The notes beneath the pieces were generated by a model that worked only from the letters and a program-made list of their open reading frames with translations, searched no databases and was not told the origin of the DNA. Both the position numbers and the translations under genes were made by a program. Of a stretch of DNA of 64,000 nucleotides, positions 1-8,752 are shown piece after piece (the stretch's first letter is position 1; the number at the start of each line of letters is the position of its first letter). Source of the stretch: an uncultured delta proteobacterium (GTDB taxonomy: Bacteria; Desulfobacterota; Binatia; UBA9968); contig CAWDPO010000046.1 of NCBI GenBank assembly GCA_963804165.1, positions 192,001 to 256,000 on the forward strand, written 5' to 3'.

Positions 1-345
1 CAAGTTTCCGCGGTGAAAATGCGCGCGATCGAAGCCCTGGGCGCGCAGGTATGGCCACTGCCGCTTAAGCGCGGCAAGGTGGCATGGCGGCCTTTGCTGC
101 GAAAGCTCGCAGCTTCAGGAATTGTCAGTGTGATGATCGAAGGAGGGGCGGTTGTCGCCGCGTCGGCTGTCAAAGAAAGGATCATCGATAAGATTATTTT
201 TTTCTATGCGCCGAAGATTGTCGGTGCAGATGGGCGGGCAATGATCGAACAGTTGGGTATCAAGCGGGTGAAACAATCGATCCCGGTCAAGAACCTGCAC
301 GTCGTGAATTCCGGCGACGACTTAATGATCACCGGTTATCTATAG
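1..345 (+). CDS. ribD: RibD deaminase/reductase, C-terminal reductase part (truncated at window edge)
   Basis: VMIEGG motif, FFYAPKIVG, GDDLMITGY ending; first gene of rib cluster. Confidence 0.9.
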   Translation, partial: QVSAVKMRAIEALGAQVWPLPLKRGKVAWRPLLRKLAASGIVSVMIEGGAVVAASAVKERIIDKIIFFYAPKIVGADGRAMIEQLGIKRVKQSIPVKNLHVVNSGDDLMITGYL

Positions 346-388
346 GCTCGCCCGTGATTGACCAGATCAGTAGTTGGACATTGGCGAT

Positions 389-982
389 ATGTTTACCGGA
401 CTCATCGAAGACGTAGGAACCCTTGTCGCGCTGCGGCTGCAAAGCAAAGCGGCGGTGTTGACTCTGAATACTAAGCTGCCGGTGCACTCAATGCCGCGCG
501 GCGCGAGCGTCGCGGTCAATGGCGCCTGCTTGACCGTTGTTAGCAAGAGCAGCAAGACGTTTACCGTGGATGTTTCCCCCGAGACGTTGCAGCGCACCAA
601 TCTGGAAACTCTGGCGGTCGGTAGTTCCGTCAACCTCGAGCGGCCGATGCGGTTGGCGGATCGGCTCGGCGGACATTTGGTGACCGGCCATGTTGACGGT
701 GTTGGCCGGATCGAGACGATTGAAAAGCAAGGCGAGTTCACCATCGTTAGCATCGCAGTTCCGGTGCTTCTTGGCGCCTTGCTCGTACCAAAAGGGTCGG
801 TCGCCGTCGACGGTATTAGCTTGACGGTCAATGTTTGCCGAAAGCAGCGATTTTCGGTGGCGATCATTCCATTTACGATGAATCACACTAATTTGCGCGC
901 TCGGAAGGTTGGTGATAAAGTTAACATCGAAACCGATTTGATCGGAAAATATGTGCAAAGCTTCATGCGCCAACGCCGCTAG
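389..982 (+). CDS. ribE: Riboflavin synthase
   Basis: MFTGLIE start, SVAVNGACLTV, VNLER, GGHLVTGHVDG, VNIETD. Confidence 0.97.
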   Translation: MFTGLIEDVGTLVALRLQSKAAVLTLNTKLPVHSMPRGASVAVNGACLTVVSKSSKTFTVDVSPETLQRTNLETLAVGSSVNLERPMRLADRLGGHLVTGHVDGVGRIETIEKQGEFTIVSIAVPVLLGALLVPKGSVAVDGISLTVNVCRKQRFSVAIIPFTMNHTNLRARKVGDKVNIETDLIGKYVQSFMRQRR

Positions 983-1020
983 AAATATGTCACGCATCTC
1001 TGTGCGAAACGAGCAGTCCC

Positions 1021-2247
1021 ATGTCGCTCTCTACGATTGAAGAAGGTATCGAGGAAATCCGCAACGGCCGGATGGTCATTCTGGTCGACGAAGATTCGCC
1101 GGACAGCGACGGTTTTTTCTGTCTCGCGGCCGAAAAGGTAACCGCCCAGAGCCTTAACTATTTACTACAACATGGGCGCGGCATTGTTTATGTGACGCTG
1201 ATCGACGAGCGAATTCGCGAACTGGGAATTCCGATGATTGCGGAAGAGAACAGCCGATTGGCCGGTTTGCTTTGCGGCGCTTCCTTTTCGGTGAGACTGG
1301 AAGGCGTCCACGGAGTTTCAGCTCAGGGACGCGCGCATACAATCCAGGCAGCGATCGCGGATAGCACGAAGCACGAAGATCTCGTTATTCCCGGCCACGT
1401 GCAGCCGCTTCAGGCTCGCAGCGGCGGCGTGCTGGCGCGCTCGGGCCGCACCGATGCGTCGGTGGATTTGGCTCGCATGGCCGGCTTCAAGCCGGCAGGC
1501 GCCATTTGCCAAATTTTGGCCGACGATGGGTCGGTGGCGTTATTGCCGGCGCTCCAACGGCTGGCCCAACAAGAGGGACTTAAAATCGTCTCGGTGGCGG
1601 ACTTGATTGCTTATCGATTGCGCAACGAGAGCTTGGTTAAGCGCGTAGTTGAAGAAGAATTTCCGACGATTCACGGCGGCATGTATCGGGCGATTGTTTT
1701 TCGCAACGAGGTCGACGGCCTCGAACATATGGCGCTCGTTAAAGGCGATATCAGTCACGCCGAGCGGGTCTTAGTTCGGGTCCATTCCGAATGCCTGACC
1801 GGCGATGTGTTCGGCTCGGAACGTTGCGACTGCGGCGACCAGATCCGTCAATCGCTGCGGCTGATCGACGAGCAAGGCCGCGGGGTGCTCATTTATATGC
1901 ATCAGGAAGGCCGCGGTATCGGCCTGACCAACAAGATCAAAGCCTACGCGCTGCAGGACCAGGGGCGTGACACCGTCGAGGCGAATCTGGAGTTGGGATT
2001 CAAAGAAGATTTGCGCGACTACGGTATCGGCGCGCAGATCCTGCGCGAGCTCGGCGTGGAGAAAATTTCTTTGTTGACCAACAACCCGCGCAAAATCACG
2101 GGGCTGGAAGTTTATGGCGTGAAAGTCGTCGAGCGAGTGCCGCTGGAAGTTCAGCCGCGGGACACCAATATCCATTATCTGCGGACGAAACAAATCAAAC
2201 TCGGCCATTTATTGTCGAACCTCGAGGCCAAACCGGCTAAGCGCTAG
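1021..2247 (+). CDS. ribBA: RibBA-type fusion: degenerate DHBP synthase domain plus intact GTP cyclohydrolase II
   Basis: C-terminal RVHSECLTGDVFGSERCDCG, QEGRGIGLTNKI, LLTNNPRK; N-terminal RibB fold with altered motifs. Confidence 0.93.
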   Translation: MSLSTIEEGIEEIRNGRMVILVDEDSPDSDGFFCLAAEKVTAQSLNYLLQHGRGIVYVTLIDERIRELGIPMIAEENSRLAGLLCGASFSVRLEGVHGVSAQGRAHTIQAAIADSTKHEDLVIPGHVQPLQARSGGVLARSGRTDASVDLARMAGFKPAGAICQILADDGSVALLPALQRLAQQEGLKIVSVADLIAYRLRNESLVKRVVEEEFPTIHGGMYRAIVFRNEVDGLEHMALVKGDISHAERVLVRVHSECLTGDVFGSERCDCGDQIRQSLRLIDEQGRGVLIYMHQEGRGIGLTNKIKAYALQDQGRDTVEANLELGFKEDLRDYGIGAQILRELGVEKISLLTNNPRKITGLEVYGVKVVERVPLEVQPRDTNIHYLRTKQIKLGHLLSNLEAKPAKR

Positions 2248-2269
2248 AAACTGTCCCCGGTGACGAGCC

Positions 2270-2737
2270 ATGCCCGAATCGATCGAAGGCAAGAAGAACG
2301 CGCAGGGACTTAAAGTCGGCATCGTGGTAAGCCGTTATAACCATTTCATCACGGAAAAACTTCTTGAGGGCGCTTTGGATGGATTTCAAAGCCACGGCGG
2401 AGAAGATAAAAATCTGACGATCGTGCGGGTCCCCGGCGCTTTTGAGATTCCCCTGGTCGCCGAGAAGATGGCCGCCAGCCGCCGCTACGACGCATTGGTG
2501 TGTTTAGGCGCCGTGATCCGCGGAGACACGCCGCATTTTGACTACGTTTGCGACGCGGTCACGCGGGGGATTGGCGATGCGGTCCGAACTTATAAGATTC
2601 CGATTGGTTTCGGTGTGCTGACCACTAACGACGTGCAACAGGCCATGGAGCGCGCGGGTGCGAAGGATGCCAATAAAGGCTATGAGGCCCTTTTGACCGT
2701 CGTCGAGATGATCGATGTCATTCGGCAGTTGTCGTAG
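2270..2737 (+). CDS. ribH: Lumazine synthase
   Basis: VPGAFEIP, LGAVIRGDTPHFDYV, FGVLT, NKG motifs. Confidence 0.97.
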   Translation: MPESIEGKKNAQGLKVGIVVSRYNHFITEKLLEGALDGFQSHGGEDKNLTIVRVPGAFEIPLVAEKMAASRRYDALVCLGAVIRGDTPHFDYVCDAVTRGIGDAVRTYKIPIGFGVLTTNDVQQAMERAGAKDANKGYEALLTVVEMIDVIRQLS

Positions 2738-2816
2738 CGCTCCTTACGATTTCGCCGCACTTACTTCTGAGTTGCCATTGTCAGAGAATCAAGAAACTAT
2801 TTCGCCTGGCCATGCG

Positions 2817-3236
2817 GTGAAAGGCACGCGACGCAAGGGGCGTGAGCTGGCGCTCCAAGCGCTGTATCAAATCGAAATAACCGCTGATGCTTCGGTTGCA
2901 GCAGTAGAGCTGTTTTTGCAGCACTTTGAGGGCAACGCGCCAGCCAAGGAGTTTGCGCGCCGATTGGTTTCTGGAGTGGTAAGCCAGAGCGCGGAGATCG
3001 ACCGGCTGATAGAAAAATGCACGGAAAATTGGAAGCTCGCGCGCTTGGCGAAAGTGGATCTGGTGGTTTTGCGCATGGCGACCTACGAATTGGTCTTTTG
3101 TCCTGACATCCCTTCGCGCGTCAGCTTGGACGAGGCCATCGAAATCGGTAAACGTTTTGGCAGCGCCGAATCGGCCACATTCATCAACGGGGTTTTAGAT
3201 CACGTGGCGCAAGACAGCGGCGTAAAATCGCCATAA
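2817..3236 (+). CDS. nusB: Transcription antitermination factor NusB (GTG start inferred)
   Basis: [32 protein letters not shown]; follows ribH. Confidence 0.95.
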   Translation: MKGTRRKGRELALQALYQIEITADASVAAVELFLQHFEGNAPAKEFARRLVSGVVSQSAEIDRLIEKCTENWKLARLAKVDLVVLRMATYELVFCPDIPSRVSLDEAIEIGKRFGSAESATFINGVLDHVAQDSGVKSP

Positions 3237-3246
3237 GCGGAAAGTT

Positions 3247-5844
3247 ATGGAAGAGCGCTACCAACCCAAAGCCATAGAAGAAAAATGGCAGTGCCTGTGG
3301 GAAAAAGACCAGGCATTTCATGTTACCCAGAACACAGGGAAGCCGAAATATTACGTCCTGGAGATGTTTCCTTATCCTTCCGGCCGCATTCACATGGGGC
3401 ACGTGCGCAATTACTCGATCGGTGATGTGATCGCGCGCTACAAGCGCATGCGTGGTTTCAACACGCTTCATCCCATGGGCTGGGACGCCTTCGGTTTGCC
3501 GGCGGAAAACGCGGCGATCGAGCGCGGCGTGCATCCCGAAGCATGGACGCGGGAAAATATTCTTTATATGAAGACCCAGCTCAAGCGCATGGGGCTTTCT
3601 TACGACTGGGATCGTGAGATTGCTACCTGCGAGCCTGACTACTATCGCTGGAATCAGTGGATCTTTCTGCAGTTTTTCAAGAAGGGACTGGCGTATAAAA
3701 AAAGTTCTTTTGTCAACTGGTGTCCGTCGTGCGAAACGGTCTTGGCCAACGAGCAGGTGATCGAAGGCGCGTGCTGGCGATGTGATTCGCCGGTCATGCA
3801 AAAGGAGCTCGAACAGTGGTTTCTCCGCATCACCGATTACGCTGAGGAATTGCTCCGCGATTTGGACAAACTGACCGGTTGGCCCGAGAAAGTGCTTACC
3901 ATGCAGCGCAACTGGATTGGTAAGTCGATCGGCGCCGAAATTGATTTTCCATTGGTCGGCCGCGCAGGGGCACTACGAATCTTTACGACACGTCCGGATA
4001 CGATTTACGGCGCGACGTTCGTTTCCCTCGCTGCTGAACATCCGTTGGCGGGCAAACTCTCCGCCGGCACGGCGCAGGAAGACACGGTCAGAGCATTTAT
4101 CGAGCGTTTCACAAGCGTCAGCCAGGCGAAGCGCGGAGCAGAAGAGGGAGAAAAGGAGGGCGTCTTCACGGGCTCCTACTGCCGAAATCCCTTTACCGGT
4201 GAAAACATTCCCATTTACTTGGCTAACTTTGTGCTCATGGAATACGGCACCGGTGCGGTCATGGCGGTGCCTGCGCACGACCAAAGGGATTTTGAATTCG
4301 CAAAAAAATATCAGCTGCCGATTCGCGTCGTGATCCAACCGCGCGATCAGTCGCTGGCCGCAGAGGATTTGACCGAGGCCTATGTCGACGAGGGCATAAT
4401 GGTCAATAGCGCCGGCTTTTCGGGCCTGGCGAATACGGAAGGAAAAGAACAGATCGCGGGTCACGCGGAGGAAAAAGGCTGGGGTAAGAAAGCGATTCGA
4501 TATCGCTTGCGCGATTGGGGTGTATCACGGCAGCGCTACTGGGGGACGCCGATCCCAATTATTTACTGCGATCAATGCAGCACAGTTGCTGTTCCGGAAG
4601 ATCAACTGCCGGTCATGCTTCCGAAGGATGTTCCGTTTACCGGAAAGGGCGGCTCGCCGCTCACCGAAAGCAAGCTTTTTTCACAAGTTGCCTGTCCGAA
4701 GTGCGGCGGCGCGGCGCGCCGCGAAACCGATACCATGGACACGTTTGTAGATTCGTCGTGGTATTTTTTGCGTTATACTTCGGCGAAATTCACCAAGGCG
4801 CCTTTCGACGCTGAAGAGGCGCGCTACTGGATGGCCGTGGATCAGTACATCGGTGGCGTCGAGCACGCCGTGCTGCACCTCCTTTATGCGCGCTTTTTTA
4901 CCAAGGCGTTGCGCGATTTGGGACTCGCGAAAGTCGATGAGCCGTTTACGAATCTATTGACCCAGGGGATGGTCTCCAAGGAGACTTATCGGTGCGTCGA
5001 GCATAACTGGCTGTTTCCCAGTGAACTGATAGGTCCTGAAAAAGATGGCTGGAAGTGCCCGCATTGTAATCGGCTGGTCGAAAAAGGTCGCGTCGAGAAA
5101 ATGTCCAAGTCGAAGAAAAATATAATCGACCCGGAAGATTTGGTCAATCTTTACGGCGCCGATACAGCGCGCTTGTTTACGCTCTTTGCCGCGCCGCCGG
5201 AAAAGGATCTCGAGTGGAGCGATCAGGGAGTCGAGGGCGCTTATCGTTTTCTATCCCGATTGTGGCGATTTGTTTATCAAAATAGGGGAGGTTGGGCGCC
5301 AATCTCGGCCAATGGCGGCGGCGGTGAAATTTCATCGGAGCAGCGCGATCTCCGGCGCATGATCCACCGGACCATTAAGAAGGTCACCGACGACATCGAC
5401 GGACGTTTCCATTTCAATACTGCGATTGCAGCGATCATGGAGTTGTTCAACGCTTTAAGCGCGGCGGCACAGGCCGAGCCCAAATCAGGCGCAGCTACGG
5501 CGCTCGTTAAAGAGGGCGTGAAGACGATGATCGTCTTGCTCGTGCCCTTCGTTCCCCATGTGGCCAACGAGCTGTGGGAAGAGATCGGAGAGGGAGATCG
5601 CTTGGATCAAGCTCCCTGGCCGAGCTATTCCGCGGCAGCGCTCGAGGAGGAAAAATTACTGATTGTCGTTCAAGTCAACGGCAAGGTACGGGGAAAAATC
5701 ACAGTCCCGGCGGATGTGAGTCAGGACTATATCGAAACCAATGCGTTGGCTGATCCCAAAGTAGTCGGTTTTTTGGACGGTAAAAATGTGCGGCGGGTGG
5801 TTTACGTGCCGCGTCGATTGGTTAACATTGTCGTGGAGGGTTAA
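3247..5844 (+). CDS. leuS: Leucine-tRNA ligase
   Basis: [13 protein letters not shown] (HIGH-type), [14 protein letters not shown]. Confidence 0.99.
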   Translation: MEERYQPKAIEEKWQCLWEKDQAFHVTQNTGKPKYYVLEMFPYPSGRIHMGHVRNYSIGDVIARYKRMRGFNTLHPMGWDAFGLPAENAAIERGVHPEAWTRENILYMKTQLKRMGLSYDWDREIATCEPDYYRWNQWIFLQFFKKGLAYKKSSFVNWCPSCETVLANEQVIEGACWRCDSPVMQKELEQWFLRITDYAEELLRDLDKLTGWPEKVLTMQRNWIGKSIGAEIDFPLVGRAGALRIFTTRPDTIYGATFVSLAAEHPLAGKLSAGTAQEDTVRAFIERFTSVSQAKRGAEEGEKEGVFTGSYCRNPFTGENIPIYLANFVLMEYGTGAVMAVPAHDQRDFEFAKKYQLPIRVVIQPRDQSLAAEDLTEAYVDEGIMVNSAGFSGLANTEGKEQIAGHAEEKGWGKKAIRYRLRDWGVSRQRYWGTPIPIIYCDQCSTVAVPEDQLPVMLPKDVPFTGKGGSPLTESKLFSQVACPKCGGAARRETDTMDTFVDSSWYFLRYTSAKFTKAPFDAEEARYWMAVDQYIGGVEHAVLHLLYARFFTKALRDLGLAKVDEPFTNLLTQGMVSKETYRCVEHNWLFPSELIGPEKDGWKCPHCNRLVEKGRVEKMSKSKKNIIDPEDLVNLYGADTARLFTLFAAPPEKDLEWSDQGVEGAYRFLSRLWRFVYQNRGGWAPISANGGGGEISSEQRDLRRMIHRTIKKVTDDIDGRFHFNTAIAAIMELFNALSAAAQAEPKSGAATALVKEGVKTMIVLLVPFVPHVANELWEEIGEGDRLDQAPWPSYSAAALEEEKLLIVVQVNGKVRGKITVPADVSQDYIETNALADPKVVGFLDGKNVRRVVYVPRRLVNIVVEG

Positions 5845-5847
5845 ATC

Positions 5848-6459
5848 GTGCGACAGATTCGCTTGCTTTGGTGTTTTTCGGTTCTATCGATTGGGTTGGC
5901 GACTTTTGCGACGCTCGGCGGCTGCGGCTATCAATTTGTCGGAGAAAGCTCTTTGCTGCCCAAGGATGCCAAAACGATGTACGTGGAACCGTTCATTAAT
6001 CGCAGCCGCGATGTCGGAATTGAAAAGGAACTTACGACCGCGTTGCGGGGAGAATTCTACCGTCGCGGACAACTCAGGGTGGTCGAGGCCTCCGAGCAAG
6101 CCGATCTGATCCTCAGCGGCGTAATTCGCTCGTTGGATAGCAACGTTGCTACGGTGAACCGAGAAGATGAAGTACTCCAGTATGAGTCCGTGCTCATTTT
6201 GGACGTGACCCTGCGGCGCCGGGAGCCCAATGAAATCTTGTGGCGCGGCCAGGGGATGCGCCTCAACCAAGTGTACGGCGGTTCTCGCGCGGCGGTGGTG
6301 ACGACTTCTTCGGCGTTTCGGACAGGGACGTTGAACTCGCTAGACGTCCAGCGCATGACCGACATTCAATTGACCGAGGTTGAACGGAGAGCGATCAGAA
6401 ACCAGCTGATGGAGCAGTTCGCCAAGGAACTCCACCAGAGAGTAATAGAAATGTTTTAG
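5848..6459 (+). CDS. lptE: LPS assembly lipoprotein LptE family
   Basis: Lipobox LGGCGYQF; conserved position after leuS. Confidence 0.85.
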   Translation: MRQIRLLWCFSVLSIGLATFATLGGCGYQFVGESSLLPKDAKTMYVEPFINRSRDVGIEKELTTALRGEFYRRGQLRVVEASEQADLILSGVIRSLDSNVATVNREDEVLQYESVLILDVTLRRREPNEILWRGQGMRLNQVYGGSRAAVVTTSSAFRTGTLNSLDVQRMTDIQLTEVERRAIRNQLMEQFAKELHQRVIEMF

Positions 6460-6496
6460 GCCGCTCTCGAGAAAATTGACCCACGCAGTGCCGGGT

Positions 6497-6769
6497 TTAG
6501 CTGGTGGCGGTCGGGGTTTGCGCCGAGCGGGAGAGGCGAGACAGCCAGCGTGACGCAGTATTTCTTTTTATAATTCCTTTGCTGACGGCTTTGCCGAGAG
6601 CGTGGTTGACGGCGCGGATTTGTGTCTGCGTGTCTTCGCGGTTGTTCGCTTCGATCGCCTGCCGCGTTTTTTTGATCAACGTCCGGAGTTTTGATTTTGT
6701 CTCGATGTTGCGCGCCCGTTTATTCAGGCTTTGACGGTGTCTTTTGATTGCTGACGGGTGAATGGCCAA
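6497..6769 (-). CDS. rpsT: 30S ribosomal protein S20
   Basis: SAIKRHRQ...KGIIKRNTASR..SRL pattern; GGAGG RBS. Confidence 0.95.
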   Translation of the reverse strand: MAIHPSAIKRHRQSLNKRARNIETKSKLRTLIKKTRQAIEANNREDTQTQIRAVNHALGKAVSKGIIKRNTASRWLSRLSRSAQTPTATS

Positions 6770-6799
6770 CGGTTTCCTCCAAGTAATGAGCTAGCGGAC

Positions 6800-6828
6800 T
6801 TTTTACCATCGACGCTGTAAGGAGTCAA
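6800..6828 (-). promoter_or_regulatory. Putative sigma70 promoter of rpsT
   Basis: Minus strand TTGACT-N17-TAAAAA with TG extended -10. Confidence 0.5.
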
Positions 6829-7656
6829 CGCGGCGGTTTTGCGCCGATTTCATCACGGCGCCGTACACACTGTAATAGATCCTGGCTTAATTTTGTCGAT
6901 CTGCATTGCAGATTGTCACTGCGTTGATTACGCCCTAGCTCTGTATCGCCGCGCGGGACAAAATAATTCGCGTGGGACAAACGATGTCGTGTTACTTCTC
7001 GGTGAAAAGGCCGGCGATGGACTCCCGTTGATTCGGCGACACAGCGGAGTGGAGTCAGCAAATTCCCCATTTGACGGTTACTCTGCCGCTTTTCGTGTTT
7101 TTCAAGTTCATTTCCAAGTCATGGTAATTGAACGTTTTGATTCGCTTGGAATTTGAGCAATTCGCTAAGCTCCGCGACTTTTAGCCTCGCGCGCCACACT
7201 CCATCGCGGTTATCAACAAGTTATTAACATTTGATGTGCGTGGGTTGATTTATCCGCTTTCGGTGCGATACTTTGCAGATGAATAATATTTCATGAGATC
7301 GTGCGCGATCGAGCGATAAGGACACGGAGCGTGGCGAGAAATGTCCTCGTCTGCAATGCGTTAACCGCCAAGTTAGGCTTCGAATCATTGCTGGAGTAAT
7401 AGAAGAATTCTTCCGCTACGAGCTGGGCCGGTGATAACCTCATGTGCAAAGTTATTCGGTGCCGGTCGTGGTAATAAAATCCTACTCGTCGCGTGGCCCA
7501 TGGAGAATATCCGACCGTTCGTCAGCGGGCGAATACTTCCTCACGGACCCGGCGCTCAAGTGCCTGACATGCTTGAATCTTCAAATGACATGTGCGATAC
7601 AAAATGCTTAAGATGAAAATCTGTATAAGTGTGACGGGAAAGGAGGTGAACCAAGG

Positions 7657-7893
7657 ATGGGAAAAAAACTCGTATCGTTGTCAGCAGTCACCCTCTTCGC
7701 ATTTACTTTAACGTTTGTGGGCTGCGGTAAGAAGGAAGAACCAGCTCCGCCTCCACCTCCGCCAGCCCCAGCAGCGCCAGCAGAACCAGCGGCGCCACCA
7801 GCGGGTGATCAGAAAGCGGCTGAACCTATGAAGGATGCAGCACCGGCTCCTGATAAGGCGCCTGAGAAAAAAGACGAGGCGAAAACCAAGTAA
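7657..7893 (+). CDS. Small Pro/Ala/Lys-rich lipoprotein
   Basis: Strong RBS AAGGAGGTG, signal peptide with lipobox FVGC, low-complexity tail. Confidence 0.85.
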   Translation: MGKKLVSLSAVTLFAFTLTFVGCGKKEEPAPPPPPPAPAAPAEPAAPPAGDQKAAEPMKDAAPAPDKAPEKKDEAKTK

Positions 7894-7930
7894 GGTCAGC
7901 TAACCTTCATTGCGGTTTTCGGCAACCGAG

Positions 7931-7964
7931 AAAAGGGGAAGGGATTGAAACCTTCCCCTTTTTT
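7931..7964 (+). terminator. Rho-independent terminator (possibly bidirectional)
   Basis: AAAAGGGGAAGG-loop-CCTTCCCCTTTTTT. Confidence 0.85.
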
Positions 7965-7990
7965 GCAATTTCGGTCTGTGGTAGCGAGTC

Positions 7991-8719
7991 GTGGCGAGCG
8001 ATTCAAATATGACGCTCACGGAGCACTTGGAGGAGCTCCGCTGGAGTTTGCTTAAATCGGTTTTGGCCATCGTACTTGCCTCGGGCGTTTGCTATTTTTT
8101 TTCCGATTCGATTTTTAGTTTTGTCGTCGCGCCGCTTCGGCAAAACCTGAAAGCGGGCCAGAATCTGATCGGCACCAGTGTCACCGAAGCTTTTTTTGTT
8201 GAAATAAAGGTGGCTTTAGCGGCGGGGGTTCTGTTTTCTTGTCCATTTATATTCTATCAGATCTGGCGCTTCGTGGCTCCGGGTCTCACGGGCGGAGAAA
8301 AATCCTGGGTGGTCCCGTTTGTGTTGTGCGCCACTATTTTCTTCATTGGCGGAGTGTCTTTTTGTTACCGACTCGTCCTCCCGGTGGCGTTCAAATACTT
8401 TATCGAACAGTACGAAACCATGGGTGTGAGCCCGGCTATTCGGATCGGCGAATATTTTACTTTTTTCTTTCGCATGGTTTTTGCCTTTGGCGTCACCTTT
8501 GAGTTGCCGGTTTTTACTTTTTTTCTAGTCCGGATCGGCCTCTGGGATTATCGCTTTATGCTCAGATCGTTCCGCTACGCTATCGTAGTGATTTTTATCA
8601 TCGCCGCGATGTTGACGCCGACTCCCGACGTGATAAACCAAAGTCTTTTGGCCGGTCCGATGCTGTTTTTGTATATCCTGAGCATCGGGGTGGCCTATGT
8701 GTGGCGCAAGAAAGAATGA
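7991..8719 (+). CDS. tatC: Twin-arginine translocase TatC
   Basis: MTLTEHLEELR, YQIWRFVAPGL, FELP, LTPTPD; about 6 TM segments. Confidence 0.97.
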   Translation: MASDSNMTLTEHLEELRWSLLKSVLAIVLASGVCYFFSDSIFSFVVAPLRQNLKAGQNLIGTSVTEAFFVEIKVALAAGVLFSCPFIFYQIWRFVAPGLTGGEKSWVVPFVLCATIFFIGGVSFCYRLVLPVAFKYFIEQYETMGVSPAIRIGEYFTFFFRMVFAFGVTFELPVFTFFLVRIGLWDYRFMLRSFRYAIVVIFIIAAMLTPTPDVINQSLLAGPMLFLYILSIGVAYVWRKKE

Positions 8720-8752
8720 ATTTACGACCTGAATCAGGGATGAGGAGGAGTA

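Noticed and set aside
7200-7260. Chromosomal oriC
   Set aside because: Only two imperfect boxes, no clear unwinding element and no dnaA/gidA context.
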